Virus record (IMG/VR): IMGVR_UViG_3300022907_000007
Coordinates: 1 to 64,000 of that record
Length of the DNA: 64,000 nt
Reading direction: 5' to 3' (one strand)
Source: a virus
This document shows positions 57,081 to 64,000 of the stretch, piece by piece. Every line of letters starts with the position of its first letter. The stretch's first letter is position 1. The notes below the pieces were generated by a model. That model was not told the origin of the DNA. It did no database searches and saw nothing but the letters and a program-made list of their open reading frames with translations. Position numbers and translations under genes: made by a program.

Positions 57081-57115
57081 GTAATTCTCCTGTTGTTTAC
57101 CAATGGGAGAATGCA

Positions 57116-57748
57116 ATGAAAAATCAAACAACACTAATGGCCCGTGTCTGGGCTGACCTATCTGCGATCAACGTCAACGATCACATCCAAAAGAAAGGCA
57201 ACTTGTCCTATCTGTCTTGGGCTTGGGCTTGGTCAACTCTTATGACTAAATACCCTGAGTCGTACTACGTCTTCCAAGACACCCGTACTGAAAACGGTAC
57301 GGTAATGGTTGAGTGCGTCCTGACTATTCATGAAGGCGAAGAGGTTGCCACGCGCACAATGTGGTTGCCGGTCATGGATCACAAGAACAAGGCGATCGTT
57401 GACCCTGACACTCGTGCGATATCTGACACACGCATGCGCTGTCTTGTGAAGTGCCTCGCTATGTTTGGTCTAGGTTTCTACATCTATGCAGGTGAAGACA
57501 TCCCGCAGGCTGAGAAAGAAGCCCTAGATCAGCCGATCGACAAGGCTCAGGCTCAACGCCTCAATGAGATGTTGGACTACTCAGGAACCGACATACAGAA
57601 GTTCCTAGCGCACTATCGGATCAGTTCTGTGTCCGAGCTACCACAATCGCATCATGAGCAGGCGTATAACGCGCTGTCGCAGAAGATCTCGCAAATGGAA
57701 GCCCAGACTGCGCAAGCTGATAACGAGTTGTCAGATGTCGATCTGTAA
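57116..57748 (+). CDS. Sak-like (DUF1071, Rad52 superfamily) single-strand annealing protein
   Basis: LSYLSWAWAW, WLPVMD, MRCLVKCLAMFGLGFYIYAGED. Confidence 0.85.
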   Translation: MKNQTTLMARVWADLSAINVNDHIQKKGNLSYLSWAWAWSTLMTKYPESYYVFQDTRTENGTVMVECVLTIHEGEEVATRTMWLPVMDHKNKAIVDPDTRAISDTRMRCLVKCLAMFGLGFYIYAGEDIPQAEKEALDQPIDKAQAQRLNEMLDYSGTDIQKFLAHYRISSVSELPQSHHEQAYNALSQKISQMEAQTAQADNELSDVDL

Positions 57749-57760
57749 GGGGCAAGCACG

Positions 57761-58366
57761 ATGAGAATGATCAATCACGAGCAAGGGACACAGGAGTGGC
57801 TGAACAGCCGCCTAGGCTGTCCTAGTGGGTCAGGATTCGACAAGTTGATTCAGGCCAGTGGCAAGCCTTCTACGCAGGCTGAAGGGTACATTAATCAGTT
57901 AATCGCTGAATTGATGACCGGGCAGACCACAGAAGTCAAAGTCACTGAGTGGATGCAACGGGGAACTGAACTGGAGCCGATGGCGCGTAACTTTTACGAG
58001 CTAGCGTCAGGCAATGACGTTGAAGAGGTTGGGTTTTGCAAGCATGACGTTTTGGAGTGCGGTGTAAGCCCTGATGGACTGATTGGTGAGGATGGCGGGC
58101 TAGAGATTAAATGCCCGACTCCTGCAACACATATTGCTTATTTACGGGCAGGTGTGTTACCAACTAAATACAAACAGCAGGTGATGGGCTGTATGTGGAT
58201 CACTGGCAGGCAGTGGTGGGACTTTGTGTCTTACCACGAGACGATGCCTGCGCTGATCGTCAGAGTCGAACGTGACGATGACTACATCACGCTACTGGCT
58301 GATGAGGTATCAAAGGCCGTAGACACAATTCAATTAGAAGTTAATCGATTAAGGAAAATGCAATGA
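57761..58366 (+). CDS. YqaJ/lambda-exonuclease family protein
   Basis: QGTQEWL..RLG, GTELEP, SPDGL, LEIKCP, QVMG.MW. Confidence 0.9.
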   Translation: MRMINHEQGTQEWLNSRLGCPSGSGFDKLIQASGKPSTQAEGYINQLIAELMTGQTTEVKVTEWMQRGTELEPMARNFYELASGNDVEEVGFCKHDVLECGVSPDGLIGEDGGLEIKCPTPATHIAYLRAGVLPTKYKQQVMGCMWITGRQWWDFVSYHETMPALIVRVERDDDYITLLADEVSKAVDTIQLEVNRLRKMQ

Positions 58367-58635
58367 CACAATATGACAACACAAACCGGGGCGCTATCTG
58401 GCGCAATGAGAAGAAACGTCCTGACAAGCGTGACCCAGACTTTACCGGGGTCATGAACATCGAAGGTGTGGAGTATCACATGTCAGGTTGGTTGCCTGAT
58501 CCAGAGCGCAAGGGGCCAAAAACGCCTGCAATGACGTACTCGTACAGGCGCGTTGAAGAGCAGAATTTTCAGCCGATCGAGAGAACGATTGAGACCAATC
58601 CTGCGGCTGATGTTAACGATCAGATTCCTTGGTAA
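58363..58635 (+). CDS. Small SSB-like protein
   Basis: PDFTG...IEG....SGW; C-terminal DQIPW resembles SSB DDIPF tail. Confidence 0.6.
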   Translation: MTQYDNTNRGAIWRNEKKRPDKRDPDFTGVMNIEGVEYHMSGWLPDPERKGPKTPAMTYSYRRVEEQNFQPIERTIETNPAADVNDQIPW

Positions 58636-58701
58636 CAAAAAAAGCCCCGTAGCTTAACGGGGCAAAGGAGTCATCCCAATGAGAGAAACATCTTGCGATG
58701 C
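58636..58701 (-). ncRNA. Candidate about 66-nt small regulatory RNA
   Basis: Minus-strand TGn-TAATAT at 58708-58716, 5' CATC-GCAA-GATG hairpin, CU-rich linker, GCCCCGT/ACGGGGC terminator with U7. Confidence 0.6.
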
Positions 58702-58728
58702 AGTTACATATTACCACGGGAGCGATAA

Positions 58729-58947
58729 ATGACACGAGTAAACGCAGGGCTGTGTGTTAAGAACGCCCAGAAAGAACTCAACATACCGAACGAGCGGATG
58801 GCTAGGGACTTCAGTGTTCACCATCAGCAGGTGTCGAGATGGCGGGTCAATTCAGATATGCACCTGAGCAAATTGCAGATGTTTGCCAAATATTTTGAAA
58901 TGGATTTGTATGAGTTTTTGAAATTAGGAGAAGAATCCAATGGGTAA
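58729..58947 (+). CDS. Cro/CI-type HTH regulator
   Basis: NERMARDFSVHHQQVSRW...L...AKYF. Confidence 0.7.
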   Translation: MTRVNAGLCVKNAQKELNIPNERMARDFSVHHQQVSRWRVNSDMHLSKLQMFAKYFEMDLYEFLKLGEESNG

Positions 58948-59209
58948 CAAGAGATGGTCAAACAGTGAGCTATTGATGCTCGGTGACTTGTACCGGGACG
59001 GTCTGAGCTACAACGACATTGCGTGTAAGTTGAAGCGCAGTAAACGTGGAGTGGCGCATGCGCTTCACGCATACCGGCATGTGATCAACGTGGAGTACCG
59101 CAGGAAGCGCGGAGAGTACCACTCAGAGACGCCAACGCAGGAAGAGCTACGCGCACCAGTGAAGGACTTCACGCCTGCTAGCAAGCCTTGGTGGAAGTTC
59201 TGGGGATGA
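58940..59209 (+). CDS. HTH protein (GcrA/Myb-like N-terminus)
   Basis: WS..E...L..LY..GLSY.DIA..L.RS..GV. Confidence 0.55.
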   Translation: MGNKRWSNSELLMLGDLYRDGLSYNDIACKLKRSKRGVAHALHAYRHVINVEYRRKRGEYHSETPTQEELRAPVKDFTPASKPWWKFWG

Positions 59210-59658
59210 GTGACTCGCTCAAACAGACGGTAACGTCAGAGCAGGCCGCACTGCAGTCGTATCGTGACATCAAGAATATGATGAAAGATCACGGCTACTG
59301 TGTGGTCACCATCCGGGCAGGTGGCCGATCACTGGAGCAGAACGCGCTCTACCATGTATGGACGCAGGAGATCGCTGACAAGGTCAACAAGCACAACGGC
59401 ACTGACTTCAGCAAGGGTGAGATTCACACTAAACTGAAGGCGATGTTCTTGGGCTACACAGAGCCTAAGCAGATCGGCAGTACAACAATACCGCCACAGT
59501 TGAAAAGCACCACTAAACTAACGAAGGGCGAGATGTTTTTCTTCATGGAACAGGTGGAACACTGGGCTATCGATTCAGGGATCGCTTTATCGCACCCAGA
59601 AGACAATGAGTATTACCGGACAAAGCGAAAGCATGAAGTCGGCGAACAGACGCTGTAA
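59206..59658 (+). CDS. ninB: NinB/Orf family recombination protein
   Basis: RSLEQNALYH.W..EIA, STTKL.KGEM..F.E. Confidence 0.75.
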   Translation: MSDSLKQTVTSEQAALQSYRDIKNMMKDHGYCVVTIRAGGRSLEQNALYHVWTQEIADKVNKHNGTDFSKGEIHTKLKAMFLGYTEPKQIGSTTIPPQLKSTTKLTKGEMFFFMEQVEHWAIDSGIALSHPEDNEYYRTKRKHEVGEQTL

Positions 59659-60217
59659 ACAGTGCCGGAAGAAGGTTCCTGCTGAGTCGGCATTTGTCAC
59701 TCAGTTGCGAGCCTTCTGTTCTTTTGAGTGCCTAACACAATTCACCAAGTCAGAGAAAGGGAGAAAAACGATAGCAAAATCCTCCCTTGCAGAAATGCGT
59801 GAGCGTAAACAAAAACTCAAGACCAAATCTGACTACCTCAAGGAAGCCCAGGCGGCGTTCAACGCATACGTCAGGGCGCGTGACCATGACAAGGCATGCA
59901 TCTCGTGTGGGCAGTGGACAGACGATCGATACGGCGGAGGTTGGGACGCAGGCCACTACAGGTCTGTTGGCTCGGCCCCACACCTCAGATTCAACTTGCA
60001 TGGGTGTCACAAACAATGCGTGAAGTGTAACCGCTATCTCAGCGGCAACGTGGCCGAGTACCGCAAGGGTCTGATCGAGCGCATCGGCATCGAAAAGGTT
60101 GAGGCACTGGAGGCCATGAATGCTGTCGAAAACATAGGGAAAAAAGAAGAGTATTTAATCCGCATCAAAAAAATATTTACCAAGAAGAAACAAAAAGTGT
60201 TGCAATCAAGGTTGTAA
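59633..60217 (+). CDS. ninG: NinG/Rap family nuclease
   Basis: AQAAFNAYVRARD, CISCG, DAGHYRSVG, H.QC..CN..LSGN. Confidence 0.85.
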   Translation: MKSANRRCKQCRKKVPAESAFVTQLRAFCSFECLTQFTKSEKGRKTIAKSSLAEMRERKQKLKTKSDYLKEAQAAFNAYVRARDHDKACISCGQWTDDRYGGGWDAGHYRSVGSAPHLRFNLHGCHKQCVKCNRYLSGNVAEYRKGLIERIGIEKVEALEAMNAVENIGKKEEYLIRIKKIFTKKKQKVLQSRL

Positions 60218-60270
60218 AGTGCGAATATACACATGTCGGGAAATTAAATTGAAATGGAGAAAACGACATG
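60189..60270 (+). promoter_or_regulatory. Early expression cassette copy 1 (operator/promoter plus conserved leader)
   Basis: AACAAAAAGTGTTGCA ... TGTCGGGAAATTAAATTGAAAT-GGAG-CGACATG. Confidence 0.75.
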
Positions 60271-60498
60271 ATCACAGCAGGCATCAAGCACAACTTCCGC
60301 AAAGGCCAGTACATCTGGAGCCTCAACTGCCTTGAGGACATGGTATTTGAGATCGTCAAGATCACACCACACCGTATCGTTGCCAAGCACGTTGGATGGA
60401 TGGATGGCCGCAAGGTGAACTTCCACAAGGCCAACTACGCGGTCAGCAACTTCCGCCCATCAAATGTTTTTGAATTAGATTTTCCGGTCAAGCGGTAA
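60268..60498 (+). CDS. Hypothetical early protein
   Basis: Cassette leader with RBS. Confidence 0.6.
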   Translation: MITAGIKHNFRKGQYIWSLNCLEDMVFEIVKITPHRIVAKHVGWMDGRKVNFHKANYAVSNFRPSNVFELDFPVKR

Positions 60499-60516
60499 AA
60501 AATATCGCTTGAATGA

Positions 60517-60601
60517 AACAAAAAGTGTTGCAATCTATCTTCACTGTGGTATTATTCCTGTGTCGAATAAATTTAATTGAAATCTAAGGAGGTTCGACAT
60601 G
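60517..60601 (+). promoter_or_regulatory. Early expression cassette copy 2
   Basis: AACAAAAAGTGTTGCA, TGTGgTATTAT, TGTCGAATAAATTTAATTGAAAT-AGGAGG-CGACATG. Confidence 0.75.
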
Positions 60602-61129
60602 ATCACAAACAAATGCCCTAACAACGTCAGCGTTAAGTTCCACAATCAGGTTGTGGAGATTGTCACTGAGATGGCTAACGCTCTGATGAATGAGTGGGGC
60701 CATGACTTCCCACTGCTGATCAAGACCATCCACAACTGTGGCCGCTCTACTGGCGGTGGTTCGAACAATCATGTGTGCATCTCTGATGCGTATGACGTTC
60801 AGCCACGCAAGCGTGTTTACGAGCTTGTCGAGTACAAGAGCATCGCCAACAAAAAAGTCATTGGCACAATCAAGGGTGACCAAGAGACTGTCCTCAAAGC
60901 ACTGTGCGCTCATGAGGTTGCTCACTGGTGGCATCAGCAGTTACTCCGCGAGGAGTACGGCAATACTTGGTGGCTTGAGCCTGAAGCTCGCAAGGGCTAC
61001 AACTCACCACACGGTATGCGGTGGCAGATGATCTACGCTGATCTGCGTACCATGTTTGTCAACCCAGACACCAAAGGCACAAACCCTTGGTGGCCTGATG
61101 ATGTTTATTCAGATGAGGAGGCGGCGTAA
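60599..61129 (+). CDS. Zincin (SprT-like) metallopeptidase-domain protein
   Basis: HEVAH (HExxH) followed by distal HG..W. Confidence 0.6.
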   Translation: MITNKCPNNVSVKFHNQVVEIVTEMANALMNEWGHDFPLLIKTIHNCGRSTGGGSNNHVCISDAYDVQPRKRVYELVEYKSIANKKVIGTIKGDQETVLKALCAHEVAHWWHQQLLREEYGNTWWLEPEARKGYNSPHGMRWQMIYADLRTMFVNPDTKGTNPWWPDDVYSDEEAA

Positions 61130-61152
61130 GCCGCTCCACTGGAGGTATCGAC

Positions 61153-61437
61153 ATGAAACTTACCAACCAACAAATTATCCTGACCGCGCAGGCTATTGCG
61201 CGTGTCGGCTACCCTGACGAGAGCGACTTGGACGCAATGGTTGAAGTCCTTCAGAAGCTCGATCAGGAGATTGACTTCAGCCTGCCGCTTGGATACCACG
61301 CAGACAATGTGGTGGGCGAGGCTGAGAACGATCTTGAGGTACAGCGGTGTGCGATCTACGCCGAGCGTGAAGAACAGGAGCGCAGGATCGCAGAGTACGA
61401 GTACGAGCTAGAGCCGGATGGCGAGGATGATGACTAA
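61153..61437 (+). CDS. Acidic hypothetical protein
   Basis: GGAGG RBS; many Asp/Glu. Confidence 0.6.
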   Translation: MKLTNQQIILTAQAIARVGYPDESDLDAMVEVLQKLDQEIDFSLPLGYHADNVVGEAENDLEVQRCAIYAEREEQERRIAEYEYELEPDGEDDD

Positions 61438-61457
61438 GGGGCTACGGCCCCTTTTTT
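61436..61457 (+). terminator. Rho-independent terminator
   Basis: AAGGGGC-TACG-GCCCCTTTTTT. Confidence 0.85.
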
Positions 61458-61487
61458 AATGCCTGCAAAAATAATTAAAATAAATGC

Positions 61488-61570
61488 AACGTAAACTGTT
61501 GCTTTACGGCACACCTATTTGAGAAACTAACTGTGTCGGGAAATTAAATTGAAATCAGGAGATCGACATG
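61488..61570 (+). promoter_or_regulatory. Early expression cassette copy 3
   Basis: AACGTAAACTGTTGC ... TGTCGGGAAATTAAATTGAAAT-AGGAG-CGACATG. Confidence 0.75.
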
Positions 61571-61780
61571 ACAGTTTCAAACAAGCTCTTAGTTCTTTCA
61601 GCAGTTAAGCCTTTTCCAGAGTCTTACGATTTAGTTCTTGTGCGTGACAACGAGGTATTTGATGTCACAAGTCAGGAGTCTAAAAGCGTAGAACGTGCAG
61701 TGTCTGAGGCTCGCATTTACATGCCTCATTACACTTGGGAAGCGTGGGTCAAGCAAGACAACGATTGGGTGTTGGCGTAA
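61568..61780 (+). CDS. Hypothetical early protein
   Basis: Cassette leader with RBS. Confidence 0.6.
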   Translation: MTVSNKLLVLSAVKPFPESYDLVLVRDNEVFDVTSQESKSVERAVSEARIYMPHYTWEAWVKQDNDWVLA

Positions 61781-61805
61781 GCCACACCCTTACAGGGAGA
61801 ACGAA

Positions 61806-62006
61806 ATGATCCAGTCAATGGCAACAGCATCGGATTTCAACAACTGGACGGCTCACGCAAAGAGCCTTCCTGAGTCATCAATCCGCCACATCATGGGCGA
61901 CTGCCAGAAGGCAGAAGAAGCCATGCGCGGATGGAACCCAGAGCGCGAGAACTTCTACCGCGATCAGTACCTGACCTACAGGGACGAGTTGCTCAGACGA
62001 GCATGA
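61806..62006 (+). CDS. Hypothetical early protein
   Basis: GGGAG RBS before ATG 61806; Y.DQ..TY..EL.RR. Confidence 0.55.
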   Translation: MIQSMATASDFNNWTAHAKSLPESSIRHIMGDCQKAEEAMRGWNPERENFYRDQYLTYRDELLRRA

Positions 62007-62007
62007 G

Positions 62008-62033
62008 AAAGGAGCCGAAAGGCTCTTTTTTTT
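62008..62033 (+). terminator. Rho-independent terminator
   Basis: GGAGCC-GAAA-GGCTCTTTTTTTT. Confidence 0.85.
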
Positions 62034-62059
62034 GGCCAAATAAATATTTTATTGTCAGC

Positions 62060-62143
62060 AACAAAAAGTGTTGCATTATTATTCCATTGTAGTATCCTAT
62101 CTGTGTCGGGTAATTAAATTGAAATTGAGGAGAACACGACATG
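62060..62143 (+). promoter_or_regulatory. Early expression cassette copy 4
   Basis: GCAACAAAAAGTGTTGC ... TGTCGGGTAATTAAATTGAAAT-GAGGAG-CGACATG. Confidence 0.75.
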
Positions 62144-62494
62144 AACTTCAAAGTAACTGCAACACCAAACGGCAAGGGCAAGGTCAAGATCACTGTGACT
62201 AATCCTGATGGCACTTCTTGGGTTTACGCTGAGAAGGCTAAAGAAGGCCGTTTCACTCACTACGCTGTAGTGACTCAAGAAATCACTCAAGCGGCGATCG
62301 ATCGTCACATCTCTTTTGAAAAGCGCCACTGGAATGGCTGTTCTGTTGACCGCCCATATCTGGAAGGTCTGATCGGTGAGTCTTGCTCGTTCATCCAGAT
62401 GGCTACTAAAGAAAGCACCGCAAAGAAAGCAGGGCCATGTTTGCCATACGCTGAAGCTAAATCAGTCGAAGTATTTGAAGTGGAGGCGGCGTAA
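62141..62494 (+). CDS. Hypothetical early protein
   Basis: Cassette leader with RBS. Confidence 0.6.
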   Translation: MNFKVTATPNGKGKVKITVTNPDGTSWVYAEKAKEGRFTHYAVVTQEITQAAIDRHISFEKRHWNGCSVDRPYLEGLIGESCSFIQMATKESTAKKAGPCLPYAEAKSVEVFEVEAA

Positions 62495-62517
62495 GCCGCT
62501 CCTCCGGGGAGAGAATC

Positions 62518-62682
62518 ATGAGAATGGGAACTTATTTCGTTTATCCAAAGGGTCAGAAGTCTAAGGGCTTCAAGATTGATGCAGTTAGCTTTGATGCCGC
62601 TAAGTCGATCTTTAATCAGGTTGAAGGCATCGCGGACACCAACCAGAATCGTTGGAAACTTTGGGCAGACCGGGTCGCGTAA
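62518..62682 (+). CDS. Hypothetical early protein (54 aa, not in ORF track)
   Basis: MRMGTYFVYPKGQKSKGFKID...DRVA*; GGGGAG RBS. Confidence 0.55.
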   Translation: MRMGTYFVYPKGQKSKGFKIDAVSFDAAKSIFNQVEGIADTNQNRWKLWADRVA

Positions 62683-62702
62683 GCGGCCCTTTGGAGTTAA
62701 TC

Positions 62703-62915
62703 ATGAGAGCAGTAAAAATTACATCTGAAACCGCCGACACAATCGCTGACTTTATGTCCGAGTATCAGTCAACCCTTCACAACAAGCTCGTTGCTGAAGG
62801 TTTCGATCTAGAGGAGGTTTCCGAGATCATGAGCGCCTACATGTCCATCAACGGCAATCTAATCAATATGCTTGGCGAAGAGTCAGGCACAGGTTTCTCA
62901 ATCGAGATCAAATAA
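62703..62915 (+). CDS. Hypothetical early protein
   Basis: GGAG RBS before ATG 62703. Confidence 0.55.
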   Translation: MRAVKITSETADTIADFMSEYQSTLHNKLVAEGFDLEEVSEIMSAYMSINGNLINMLGEESGTGFSIEIK

Positions 62916-62918
62916 GGT

Positions 62919-62948
62919 TTGACAGGAAATAATTTAAAGGAGTAAGGT
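62919..62948 (+). promoter_or_regulatory. Putative sigma70 promoter
   Basis: TTGACA-N18-TAAGGT; first predicted helix starts 6 nt downstream. Confidence 0.55.
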
Positions 62949-62953
62949 TTAAG

Positions 62954-63328
62954 ACAGTGCCGGACGGGGTGTGCGAAGCCCCTAGCGAACCGGACTGAGA
63001 AACAGGAATAAACCCGTGACCGCACTCCGGCACTGGTTCCAATTGTGACCGAAACAGTATTCTCGGTCAACATTCCTAGAGTCTCATTCTGTATCGTTAG
63101 GGTTCATCCCGTACCGTTAAAGTACGCTCAGTGTCGTACAGCACCAGAAAGCACGATTGCAACCCAACCTTTGAGGACGGGACAAACAGCGTTAGAGGTG
63201 ATCCGCCTACGGGCAGGGACGGTTGAGCTACCGAGTCGAGATACCCACGACTAAAAGCACTGCTGATTACTGAGGTTGCATGGACGATAGCGTACCGGAT
63301 GGACAGGGATCACCCTACGTCCTCTAAA
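62954..63328 (+). ncRNA. Candidate large structured non-coding RNA (family unknown)
   Basis: No convincing ORF; many 6-10 bp complementary pairs including long-range ones. Confidence 0.5.
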
Positions 63329-63359
63329 TGACAACTATGACCAAAATTTGAGGTGACTC

Positions 63360-63812
63360 ATGGGTGAGCTAGACCCAAGAACATTTGTTGGAGAAACAGC
63401 GGAAGATTTGCAAAATGAAATCGCCGTGATTGAGAAATTCTGCAAAAAGTTTAACGTCAAGTATTTCAAGATGAGTAAATATGAACGAGTCGATTTTGTT
63501 CTGTACAGAGGCGAAGCACACAAAAGGCATGTTGTTGCAGTTGCTGAAGTCAAAACTAGATACGATCATAATTTTTTTGATTGGGGCGATCTTTTTTGCC
63601 CACTACATAAAAAAGCTCATTGCGTAATGTACGCAGAAGCAATCAATGTTCCTGCGTTCCTGATCAGTAAGCACAACGATGGTATTTTTTATGTTGATAT
63701 GCGAGAGCCATTTCATGATTGCAGGATCATCAAAGACCCAAGAAGCCGCAATGATTCGGATGAAACACCATGCGTAACTTGGATGGGCGATCTAATAAAA
63801 GAGCTAACATAG
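63360..63812 (+). CDS. PD-(D/E)XK nuclease-fold protein
   Basis: VDF...AEVKTR motif. Confidence 0.6.
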   Translation: MGELDPRTFVGETAEDLQNEIAVIEKFCKKFNVKYFKMSKYERVDFVLYRGEAHKRHVVAVAEVKTRYDHNFFDWGDLFCPLHKKAHCVMYAEAINVPAFLISKHNDGIFYVDMREPFHDCRIIKDPRSRNDSDETPCVTWMGDLIKELT

Positions 63813-63822
63813 GATCAAGAAT

Positions 63823-64000
63823 ATGCAACTAAGACCACATCAAGAACTGGCGATACAGATGCTGAGAGACAGTCTGGCGTCAGGCAAGAAAAGACCACTG
63901 CTTGCGGCTCCATGCTCATTCGGCAAGACAATTACAGCGGCGGCTATGCTCAAGTCAGCACTCGACAAAGGTAAACGCGGCATCTTCATCTGTGATCGCA
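63823..64000 (+). CDS. Superfamily II (DEAD/ResIII-like) helicase, truncated by window end
   Basis: MQLRPHQ Q-motif and APCSFGKT Walker A. Confidence 0.8.
   Translation, partial: MQLRPHQELAIQMLRDSLASGKKRPLLAAPCSFGKTITAAAMLKSALDKGKRGIFICDR

Larger units (their letters stand above)
39056..64000 (+). mobile_element. Phage B, partial genome
   Basis: Second, dissimilar portal/scaffold/MCP set, GH108 lysin, Sak/YqaJ/Nin genes; all genes on plus strand. Confidence 0.85.

Noticed and set aside
60234-62143. CRISPR mini-array or integron attC array
   Set aside because: Repeats are separated by whole genes and consist of promoter/RBS sequence; no cas or integrase and no attC core sites seen
62954-63040. 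tRNA, hammerhead or HDV-like ribozyme
   Set aside because: No T-loop or CCA; CTGAGAAAC does not give a proper CUGANGA...GAAA three-way junction; HDV topology could not be built by eye
63045-63254. 69-aa ORF in the structured region
   Set aside because: GTG start without clear RBS and buried in a hairpin; no recognisable motif
1-64000. A single phage with two capsid systems
   Set aside because: Exact 127-bp junction and a self-closing phage A point to an assembly join

Overview
The window contains two different tailed-phage genomes joined end to end, probably marine podovirus-like phages. Phage A (1-38928) looks like a complete circularised genome of about 38.9 kb. Its minus-strand early/replication arm (12987-25337) encodes a T7-like primase-helicase, PolA, SSB, exonuclease and class Ia NrdA/NrdB, and no RNA polymerase was recognised. 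Its plus-strand morphogenesis arm runs from TerS, two lysins, TerL, portal, scaffold and MCP to fibres, tail tube and internal proteins. Bases 1-127 recur exactly at 38929-39055, where the sequence passes into phage B (about 39056-64000, partial). Phage B has its own tail, portal, scaffold and MCP genes, a GH108 lysin, and lambdoid-style Sak/YqaJ/NinB/NinG/HTH genes. The junction is most likely an assembly join through a shared fibre-module sequence. The strongest unexplained signals are: (1) eight copies of a 17-bp double palindrome GGTTAAC-TYG-GTTAACC confined to phage A's early arm and embedded in genes in different frames, next to two tandem perfect sigma54 sites; (2) a promoter-led, about 375-nt, highly base-paired candidate ncRNA in phage B; (3) candidate anti-Shine-Dalgarno small RNAs in both phages; (4) modular operator/promoter/leader/hairpin cassettes for phage B early genes; (5) near-identical DNA anchors flanking swappable receptor-binding domains shared by the two phages. 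All protein calls come from motif recognition by eye, with no database search.
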